A stretch of DNA of 20,000 nt from an uncultured virus (IMG/VR IMGVR_UViG_3300031758_009234) (taxonomy: Duplodnaviria > Heunggongvirae > Uroviricota > Caudoviricetes): positions 56,910 to 76,909 of IMG/VR virus record IMGVR_UViG_3300031758_009234; one strand, written 5' to 3'. The notes beneath the pieces were generated by a model. It saw only the letters and a program-made list of their open reading frames with translations, was not told the origin of the DNA and did not search any database. This document shows, one piece after another, positions 9,405 to 16,471 of this stretch (the first letter of the stretch is position 1; each line of letters opens with the position of its first letter). A program made the position numbers and the translations under genes.

Positions 9405-9519
9405 TTTTTTATTCCCAAAAATAGATAGAAAGACAATTAATTCAATATATATGGTATATACTAAACTTAGACTGTAAGTTATTGTATAATAAAAAAAGAC
9501 AAAAATAAATCTTAAATAT

Positions 9520-11439
9520 ATGAGTTTATTAAGCACGATAAAAAAAGACTTTACCCAAGGTGATAAAGATATTTCTTTACAGGAATTTTTAGAACTTTGT
9601 AAAAAGGATAAAGTTTATTCTTCACCAGCTGAGAGAATGTTACAAGCTATTGGTGAACCAGAAGTAGTTGATACTAAGCTAGATGAAAGACTTAGTAGAA
9701 TTTACTCTAACAAATTAATTAAAAGATATCCAGCATTCTCGGAATTCTTTGGAATGGAAGATACTATTGAACAAATTGTTTCTTTCTTTAGACACGCAGC
9801 TCAAGGATTAGAAGAAAAGAAACAAATTCTTTACCTTTTAGGACCAGTTGGTGGTGGTAAATCTTCTTTAGCAGAAAGATTAAAACAACTAATGGAAAAA
9901 AGTCATATTTATGTGCTTGTTGCTGACGGTGAAGTTTCACCGGTATTTGAGAACCCACTTGGATTATTTTCTTCTTATAGAGAAGAATTAGAAAAGGAAT
10001 ATGGTATTCCAAAAAGATATATTCCTTCTTGTGCTTCTCCATGGGCTACTAAAAGATTAGCTGAGTTTGATGGTGATGTAACTAAGTTCTCAGTTAGAAA
10101 ATTAAAAATGTCTATCGCATCTCAAGTAGGTATCGCTAAAACTGAACCAGGTGATGAAAACAACCAAGATATCTCAGCTTTAGTTGGTAAAGTAGATATC
10201 CGTAAATTGGCTGAGTTTCCACAAAATGATGCTGATGCTTATAACTACTCTGGTGCTCTTTGTAGAGCTAATCAAGGTATGATGGAATTCGTAGAGATGT
10301 TTAAAGCTCCTATCAAAGTTTTACACCCACTATTAACTGCTACTCAAGAAGGTAACTTTAATGGTACTGAAAACTTACCAGCTATTCCGTTCCAAGGGAT
10401 TATTTTAGCTCACTCAAATGAGTCTGAATGGGAAACATTCTCAAACGATAAAAAGAACGAAGCTTTCTTAGACCGTGTTTACATTGTAAGAGTTCCTTAT
10501 TGTTTAAGAGTTGATGAAGAAGTTGAAATCTATGAAAAACTTTTAAAACATTCTTCTTTATCTGAAGCACCTTGTGCACCACAAACTTTAGACTTGTTGG
10601 CTAAGTTTTGTGTTATGACAAGATTAAAACACCCTGAGAACTCAAATTTATACTCTAAAATGAGAGTTTATAATGGTGAATCTTTAAAAGAATCTGATCC
10701 TAAAGCAAAATCTTTACAAGAATATAAAGATGACGCGGGTATCACAGAAGGTATGAATGGTATTTCTACTCGTTTCGCTTTTAAAGTTCTTTCTAAAGTA
10801 TTTAATCACGACACTGAAGAAGTTGCTGCTAACCCAGTACACCTTTTCTATGTGTTAGAAAATGAAATTGTTAAATTACAATTACCAAAAGAAACTGAAG
10901 AATACTACTTAAATATCTTAAAGTCTAAAATCAGTACAAAATATGCTGAGTTTATTGGTGATGAAATTCAAAAAGCTTATGTAGATTCTTATCAAGAATA
11001 TGGACAAAACTTATTTGAAAGATATATCACTTATGCTGACCACTGGTGTCAAGATAATGACTTTAGAGATCCAGAAACAGGACAACAATTTGATAGAGCT
11101 GCTCTTAACGAAGAGTTAGAGAAAATTGAAAAACCAGCTGGTATCGCTAATCCAAAAGATTTCAGAAATGATGTTGTACAATTCTATTTAAGACATAGAG
11201 CTAAGAATGGTGAATCACCAACTTGGGATTCTTATGAGAAAATTAGAAGTGTGATTGAAAAGAGAATTTTTTCTAAAACTGAAGATATCATTCCAGTTAT
11301 TTCTTTCACTTCTAAAGCTTCTAAAGACGAAGAAAAGAAACATTCAGAATTCATCAATAGAATGAAGGATAGAGGATACACTAACAAACAGATTAAGTTA
11401 TTAACTGACTGGTATCTAAGAGTTAGAAAATCAAATTAA
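9520..11439 (+). CDS. prkA: PrkA/YeaG family AAA+ ATPase (annotated as serine protein kinase)
   Basis: Walker A GPVGGGKSS, KTEPGDENNQDISALVGKVDIRKL, VEMFKAPIKVLHPLLTATQEG, EAFLDR, GISTRFAFK; 639 aa. Confidence 0.96.
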   Translation: MSLLSTIKKDFTQGDKDISLQEFLELCKKDKVYSSPAERMLQAIGEPEVVDTKLDERLSRIYSNKLIKRYPAFSEFFGMEDTIEQIVSFFRHAAQGLEEKKQILYLLGPVGGGKSSLAERLKQLMEKSHIYVLVADGEVSPVFENPLGLFSSYREELEKEYGIPKRYIPSCASPWATKRLAEFDGDVTKFSVRKLKMSIASQVGIAKTEPGDENNQDISALVGKVDIRKLAEFPQNDADAYNYSGALCRANQGMMEFVEMFKAPIKVLHPLLTATQEGNFNGTENLPAIPFQGIILAHSNESEWETFSNDKKNEAFLDRVYIVRVPYCLRVDEEVEIYEKLLKHSSLSEAPCAPQTLDLLAKFCVMTRLKHPENSNLYSKMRVYNGESLKESDPKAKSLQEYKDDAGITEGMNGISTRFAFKVLSKVFNHDTEEVAANPVHLFYVLENEIVKLQLPKETEEYYLNILKSKISTKYAEFIGDEIQKAYVDSYQEYGQNLFERYITYADHWCQDNDFRDPETGQQFDRAALNEELEKIEKPAGIANPKDFRNDVVQFYLRHRAKNGESPTWDSYEKIRSVIEKRIFSKTEDIIPVISFTSKASKDEEKKHSEFINRMKDRGYTNKQIKLLTDWYLRVRKSN

Positions 11440-11440
11440 T

Positions 11441-11466
11441 AAAAAGGGAGTTTATCTCCCTTTTTT
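11441..11466 (+). terminator. Rho-independent terminator after prkA
   Basis: AAAAAGGGAG-TTTAT-CTCCCTTTTTT. Confidence 0.8.
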
Positions 11467-11484
11467 AAAATATAATAATATGAT

Positions 11485-11604
11485 ATGCCACTTCCTCATT
11501 ATGCTTATAACTATAATAGATATTTAGTTATGAATCGTAGAAGAAAAATTAAAAAAATTTATAAAGATGTCAATAAATATAGTAGATCGAAGAAAGAGTC
11601 CTAA
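11485..11604 (+). CDS. Possible small basic protein, 39 aa (not in the ORF track)
   Basis: MPLPHYAYNYNRYLVMNRRRKIKKIYKDVNKYSRSKKES*; overlaps the yeaH start by 38 nt; TATAAT at 11471-11476. Confidence 0.35.
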   Translation: MPLPHYAYNYNRYLVMNRRRKIKKIYKDVNKYSRSKKES

Positions 11605-12832
11605 GGGAAAATCTTCGGAAAATAGACAAAGATTATTAAAAAGAATTGAAGGTCAAATTAAAAAGGCTCTTCCTGACATCGTTAAGAATACCAATGTTAA
11701 AGATTTGACATCTTCAAAAGAAAGAGTTAATATCCCAGTCAAAGGCATTAATGAACCACAATTCACTTATGATAAAGATACTGGTGATAAAAAACATGTA
11801 CATCCTGGTAACAAAGAATATTCAGAAGGTGATTTAATAAAAAAACCAAAAAGTGGTCAAGGTAAAGGTAGTGGTCAAGGTAAAGGATCAAATGATCCAA
11901 ATGCTACAGAAGATGACTTTACTGTATCAATAAGTCGAGAAGAATTCTTAGATTACTTTTTCAATGATCTAGAATTACCAGATATGGTTAAAAAACATTT
12001 AAACTCTATTGTTGATTTTAAACAAAAAAGAGCTGGTTATTCTAACTATGGTAATCCAAGTAGATTAAATATAACTCGTTCATATAAAAACTCAATGGCT
12101 CGTAGGATGGCTGTTGGTATGTTTTTCGATAAAAAGATTAAAGAAATTGAAGAAAAATTAAAGTCTGATTTATTAGATGATGAGAGAAATGAATTACTTA
12201 AAGAATTAGATAAGCTAAAAAAGATGAAGTTATCAGTTTCTTTTATGGAGGAAGTTGATTTACAATATAATAACTTTGAGAAAGTTGCTATACCAGTTAC
12301 TTCAGCTGTTATGTTTTGTGTAATGGACGTTTCTGGTTCAATGGGTGAGAAAGAGAAAGATATAGCTAAAAGATTTTTTATGTTATTATATATGTTTCTT
12401 ACAAAACAATATGAGAAAATTGAGATTGTCTTTATAAGACACCATACTTCAGCAAAAGAAGTTACTGAGGATGAATTCTTTAACTCTAAAGAAAGTGGTG
12501 GTACCGTTGTGGTAACTGCTTTAGAATTGATGGCAAAAATCATTAGAGAAAGATATAATGAAAACTGGAACATATACGCCGCTCAAGCCTCTGATGGTGA
12601 TGTTTGGGATAAGGCAGATGCTAGTGATTGTTATAAAATATTAGACGTTGATATATTAAACAAAGTTCAGTATATGACATATATCGAAATATGTAGAAGT
12701 GTAGATGGTGATCTTTGGAACAACTATAAGGTTTTATCTGATAAAAGAAAGAACTTTGAGATAGGTAAGATTAATGAAGTAAGTGAAATTTGGAAAGTAT
12801 TCCAAGATTTCTTTAAAAAGAAAACAGCATGA
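11567..12832 (+). CDS. yeaH: YeaH/YhbH (DUF444) vWA-domain protein
   Basis: IVDRR..KGKSSENRQR, VHPGNKEY, AVMFCVMDVSGSM (MIDAS DxSxS), FIRHHT, ESGGT, WNIYAAQASDGD; lies directly after prkA. Confidence 0.94.
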   Translation: MSINIVDRRKSPKGKSSENRQRLLKRIEGQIKKALPDIVKNTNVKDLTSSKERVNIPVKGINEPQFTYDKDTGDKKHVHPGNKEYSEGDLIKKPKSGQGKGSGQGKGSNDPNATEDDFTVSISREEFLDYFFNDLELPDMVKKHLNSIVDFKQKRAGYSNYGNPSRLNITRSYKNSMARRMAVGMFFDKKIKEIEEKLKSDLLDDERNELLKELDKLKKMKLSVSFMEEVDLQYNNFEKVAIPVTSAVMFCVMDVSGSMGEKEKDIAKRFFMLLYMFLTKQYEKIEIVFIRHHTSAKEVTEDEFFNSKESGGTVVVTALELMAKIIRERYNENWNIYAAQASDGDVWDKADASDCYKILDVDILNKVQYMTYIEICRSVDGDLWNNYKVLSDKRKNFEIGKINEVSEIWKVFQDFFKKKTA

Positions 12833-14322
12833 TGACTAAAGAAGAATTAAAAAAATTATTTTCAAAACCTGATTGGACTGATGAAACTATTATAGAAGCT
12901 GATAAAGTTGTTAGTAGAATCGCTAGTGAATATTTAGGTATTGAAACATATCCAAATCAATTTGAAATAATAACATCTGAACAAATGTTGGATGCTTATT
13001 CATTAATTGGTTTACCAATTTCTTATAATCACTGGAAATTTGGTAAAGACTTTGTTATTAACTCAAATCAATATAAGAAAGGTAGAATGGGATTGGCTTA
13101 TGAGTTAGTTATTAATTCAAATCCTTGTATATCTTACAATATGGAAGATAACACAACTTGTCTTATGATCTTAGTATTAGCTCACGCCGCATACGGTCAT
13201 AACACATTCTTTAAAAATAATTATCTTTTCAAACAATGGACTCAGGCAGATTCAATCATTGATTATATGGTCTTTGCTAAAGAGTTTGTTGCTAAATGCG
13301 AAGAGAAATACGGATTTGAAGAGGTAGAAATGGTTTTAGATGCTTGCCACGCCTTAATGAACTATGGTGTTGATAAATATAAAAAACCTAGAAAATTAAG
13401 TCCAACTGAAGAAGGAGAAAGACTTAAAAAGAAATTAGAAGATGATAGAATTCTTTTAAATGATTTATGGAGAACTATTCCTAAAGATGAGAAAGAAAAA
13501 CTTAAAGAAAAAAGATTTCCTGAATCACCGGAAGAAAATATTCTTTACTTCATTGAGAAAAACTCTCCTAAGTTGAGAGGGTGGCAAAGAGAAATTGTTA
13601 GAATTGTTAGAAAAACTGCTCAATACTTTTACCCACAAGGTCAAACAAAAGTTATTAATGAAGGATGTGCTACTTTTACACACTATGAAATTATTAATAA
13701 AATGTTCGATGAAGGTTATTTATCAGACGGTTTTATGCAAGAGTTTTATCATAATCATTCTAATGTTATTTTTCAACCAGGATTTGACTCTAAGTTTTAC
13801 TCTGGATTGAATCCATATACATTAGGGTTCAATATCTTTCAAGATTTAAAAAGAATGTCTTTAAACCCAACTAAAGAAGATTTGGAATGGTTTCCTAAGA
13901 TTGCTGGAAAAGGTAATTGGGCTGAAAACTTCAAATATATCGTTGAAAACTTTAAAGATGAAACATTTGTTTTACAATATCTTTCACCTAAGGTTATTAG
14001 AGATATGAAATTATTTGAAATTGATGATAAAATGGATAATAACTATTATGAAGTTAGTTCTATACATAATGAGAATGGTTATAAAAAAGTAAGAGAATCT
14101 TTATCACAATCTTATAATAGAAGTAGATACGTACCAGATATTCAAGTATATGATGTTGATATATTCGGAGATAGAACACTTACTTTAGAATATACACCTA
14201 TTAATAATAAAGGTCTAGATTATAATGATATTAAAAAAGTTTTACCTCACGTTGAATATCTATGGGGATTCCCAGTTAGAATGACTGAAAATGGTAAAGA
14301 ATTAGCAACTACAAAGAAATAA
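12829..14322 (+). CDS. spoVR: SpoVR/YcgB family protein
   Basis: YPNQFEIITSEQMLDAY, HWKFGK, GLAYELVINSNPCI, AHAAYGHNTFFKNN, QYFYPQGQTKVINEGCATF, NPYTLGF; ATGA overlap with yeaH. Confidence 0.95.
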   Translation: MMTKEELKKLFSKPDWTDETIIEADKVVSRIASEYLGIETYPNQFEIITSEQMLDAYSLIGLPISYNHWKFGKDFVINSNQYKKGRMGLAYELVINSNPCISYNMEDNTTCLMILVLAHAAYGHNTFFKNNYLFKQWTQADSIIDYMVFAKEFVAKCEEKYGFEEVEMVLDACHALMNYGVDKYKKPRKLSPTEEGERLKKKLEDDRILLNDLWRTIPKDEKEKLKEKRFPESPEENILYFIEKNSPKLRGWQREIVRIVRKTAQYFYPQGQTKVINEGCATFTHYEIINKMFDEGYLSDGFMQEFYHNHSNVIFQPGFDSKFYSGLNPYTLGFNIFQDLKRMSLNPTKEDLEWFPKIAGKGNWAENFKYIVENFKDETFVLQYLSPKVIRDMKLFEIDDKMDNNYYEVSSIHNENGYKKVRESLSQSYNRSRYVPDIQVYDVDIFGDRTLTLEYTPINNKGLDYNDIKKVLPHVEYLWGFPVRMTENGKELATTKK

Positions 14323-14326
14323 AAAG

Positions 14327-14352
14327 AAACCCACTCATTTGAGTGGGTTTTT
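14327..14352. terminator. Terminator hairpin after spoVR, overlapping the 3' end of the convergent gene
   Basis: AAACCCACTC-ATTT-GAGTGGGTTT-TT. Confidence 0.85.
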
Positions 14353-14559
14353 TAATATATCATCTAATTTTTCATCTCTTACTTTTGAAACAGATTTAAA
14401 ATCCGATAAATAAGCTTGAATTGTTTTATATCCTACTGATGTAGTCTTATCAGGTATTTTAACCCAAACACATTTAGGGTGTTCGTGTTCAAATATTTCA
14501 TAGGTTTTTCCTATTTCTATCTCACTTCTATTTGAAGTATTACTAATACAAATATACAT
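14335..14559 (-). CDS. Small hypothetical protein (74 aa) with conserved C-terminal tail; paralog of 6244..6456
   Basis: YICISN..IEIGKTYE..VRDEKLDDILK; TATATTTG element at 14585-14578. Confidence 0.75.
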   Translation of the reverse strand: MYICISNTSNRSEIEIGKTYEIFEHEHPKCVWVKIPDKTTSVGYKTIQAYLSDFKSVSKVRDEKLDDILKNPLK

Positions 14560-14597
14560 ATCACCAATTTATAAAAACAAATATAATAAAAATTATG

Positions 14598-15269
14598 TTA
14601 TTTAACTTTTATTTTATATGCTTTTTCAACTTTAGCTCCTCTTAAATCATATTTAGATAAATCAACATTTTCAATTTTACCTAAAGTTTTTAATTTACCT
14701 ATTTTATTTTCAATTGGTTTTAAAGAACAAAAAGCAATAGTTCCACCTACTTCAGATACTTTTGACTCCATTCTAGATGAAGCATTTACAGCATTTCCGA
14801 AAAAGTCTCTTAACTCAACCTTTTGAATACTATATGTTTTTTCATCCATATGACCTTCACAAATACCAACTCTTAAACTATAAGCTTTTTCATTAAGTAT
14901 AAGTTCTTTTGAGAATTTAATAGCATTGAATAATGAGTTCTCATTTGGTTCAAAATAAACCATGAAAGCATCACCAATTGTTTTAACAATCCATCCATTA
15001 TTTTTAGAAGCTAAACTATCCACTAATTTATGATGAGCTTCTAATTGACCAATCATAGTAACTGGATCATCAGACCACATTTTTGATGAACCTACAACAT
15101 CAGTAAAAACCATTGTTGGAACTGGTCCCGATTTTTTCTGTAATTCTGGACTTTCTTTATATTCTTTTTGAGCTTGTGTTAAAACTCTTTCGGATCTTAC
15201 ATTTGATTTATTATCAGTTGGTTCTTGCTCATCAGCTTCAAATAAACGAAAATTATTGATGTGTTTCAT
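14598..15269 (-). CDS. Class III nucleotidyl cyclase, predicted adenylate cyclase, catalytic domain only
   Basis: VFTDVVGSS (metal Asp), VKTIGDAFM (Lys and metal Asp), LRVGI, DFFGNAVNASSRMES (Asp; catalytic Asn/Arg). Confidence 0.92.
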   Translation of the reverse strand: MKHINNFRLFEADEQEPTDNKSNVRSERVLTQAQKEYKESPELQKKSGPVPTMVFTDVVGSSKMWSDDPVTMIGQLEAHHKLVDSLASKNNGWIVKTIGDAFMVYFEPNENSLFNAIKFSKELILNEKAYSLRVGICEGHMDEKTYSIQKVELRDFFGNAVNASSRMESKVSEVGGTIAFCSLKPIENKIGKLKTLGKIENVDLSKYDLRGAKVEKAYKIKVK

Positions 15270-15588
15270 TTGTTAGTTTATTTTTTATAAGAGCACACTT
15301 TTCATACTCTTCTTTTTCTTCTAATTCAGGAAGTAATTTTTTCAATTCATATACATCATTTAGTTCTAAACAAACCCAGAACTTTATATCAGATAAATCA
15401 CTATAATCTTCGATATAATGATCGATTATATCATTTACTTCATTACTATGTTCAGCTTTCATAAAGATATCTTCCCACTTATCTATACAGTTTCTTTTTA
15501 GATAATCTAATATCTCATCAACTATAACTTCAATATGTAATTCTTTTTCTGTTGAAAAATTCTCATTAAATCTTTTTAAGTATTTCAT
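15253..15588 (-). CDS. Hypothetical protein, 111 aa, with a C-terminal UVR-like coiled-coil motif
   Basis: Leader MKYLKRFNE; EEKEEYEKCALIKNKL resembles the UvrB/UvrC (UVR) motif; 17-nt overlap with the cyclase gene. Confidence 0.75.
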   Translation of the reverse strand: MKYLKRFNENFSTEKELHIEVIVDEILDYLKRNCIDKWEDIFMKAEHSNEVNDIIDHYIEDYSDLSDIKFWVCLELNDVYELKKLLPELEEKEEYEKCALIKNKLTNETHQ

Positions 15589-15608
15589 AATATAAAAAAA
15601 AATAGTTT

Positions 15609-15626
15609 TATATATATATATATTAA
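15609..15626 (-). promoter_or_regulatory. TTAATATATA motif extended into a (TA)7 tract
   Basis: TATATATATATATAT at 15609-15623; motif at 15626-15617, upstream of the ATG at 15588. Confidence 0.55.
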
Positions 15627-15633
15627 ATCAACA

Positions 15634-16428
15634 TTATTGATTTTTCTGCCAATAGTTTTTACCAGGCATTTCTAATTTATTTTTTTTAATACACCAAGTT
15701 ACTTGCCTTGCTGTCACATTTAGTTCCTTAGCTATTTTTGGGACTGACATTTTCCAGATTAGTGGTTTTATTAGTTCTAATAATTCACTATCATCTTTGA
15801 AATAACCATCTTTTCTTTTCTCTTTTGTTTTAAGAAAAACATTTTTGTAAAAATCCTCCAAATCAGACTTCAAATATTCTTCTCTCTTCTCATCAAAGTT
15901 TATAAAACAATATTTACCAAGTAAATATAGAGAAACTTTATCATACATCTCAGCTGCTTCAATTTCACTATTTGTGAATTTAACTTTTGATATTTGATTA
16001 TTATCAAATCTACACATCCAAGATTTTTTACTTTCCTTCCAATAAACACCTTTATACTTTGATGATTTTTTATTATTTGGTTTATAACTAGTTCCTAATC
16101 TAAAGGTAGATAGATGTTTTTTCAACTCATCATCAACAAATTTATTATCACCACAACCTCTTATATTATAACCATTTGGTCTGTATGTATTATACTTTTC
16201 TGCATATTTAACTTCTAATTTGTTTAACTCATCAATATCTTTAACATTATCTTCTAATATTTCAAAATCAAAATTTTCTAACCCGTATTTATCAACCGAG
16301 TTTTTAAGAATTATGTTGTGTGTATATTTTAACCAATCACCACCTTTGTATCTTTTATTGAAACTATGAACAGATTGTCCTATATAAGATTTGCAATTTA
16401 TTTTATTAAAAATTCTATATATTATCAT
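15634..16428 (-). CDS. Free-standing GIY-YIG homing endonuclease with AP2-like and HTH-like DNA-binding modules
   Basis: IIYRIFNKINCKSYIGQS (GIY-YIG), catalytic-type R and E, GYNI; SSKYKGVYW..W..EIEAAEMYD (AP2-like); SVPKIAKELNVT (HTH-like). Confidence 0.88.
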   Translation of the reverse strand: MIIYRIFNKINCKSYIGQSVHSFNKRYKGGDWLKYTHNIILKNSVDKYGLENFDFEILEDNVKDIDELNKLEVKYAEKYNTYRPNGYNIRGCGDNKFVDDELKKHLSTFRLGTSYKPNNKKSSKYKGVYWKESKKSWMCRFDNNQISKVKFTNSEIEAAEMYDKVSLYLLGKYCFINFDEKREEYLKSDLEDFYKNVFLKTKEKRKDGYFKDDSELLELIKPLIWKMSVPKIAKELNVTARQVTWCIKKNKLEMPGKNYWQKNQ

Positions 16429-16432
16429 AATA

Positions 16433-16442
16433 TATATATTAA
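16433..16442 (-). promoter_or_regulatory. Putative phage late-type promoter TTAATATATA
   Basis: Exact 10-mer, 4 nt upstream of the ATG at 16428. Confidence 0.6.
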
Positions 16443-16449
16443 AAAAGCT

Positions 16450-16457
16450 TATTTTTG
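16450..16457 (+). promoter_or_regulatory. Bacteroidota-type -7 promoter element (TAnnTTTG)
   Basis: TATTTTTG, 14 nt upstream of the uvsE ATG at 16472. Confidence 0.55.
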
Positions 16458-16471
16458 TAAAAAATATCTAT

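Noticed and set aside
11853..11887. Tandem GTGGTCAAGGTAAAGG repeat in yeaH
   Set aside because: Encodes the Gly-rich linker (SGQGKG x2) normal for the YeaH family
12046..12573. 175-aa antisense ORF
   Set aside because: Lies wholly opposite yeaH; Ser/Ile/Phe-rich composition typical of a shadow frame
1500..13810. Short nested ORFs at 1500-1712, 3060-3251, 8333-8563, 9788-10042, 10400-10582 and 13595-13810
   Set aside because: All are contained in better-supported genes on another frame or strand and show no recognisable motifs
14598..15269. Pycsar defence system
   Set aside because: Specificity residues are the adenine-type Lys/Asp, and no adjacent cNMP-binding TIR or transmembrane effector is present
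16391..16471. 27-aa hydrophobic N-terminal extension of UvsE from the TTG start
   Set aside because: Overlaps the divergent GIY-YIG start and both promoter motifs; UvsE similarity begins at the ATG at 16472
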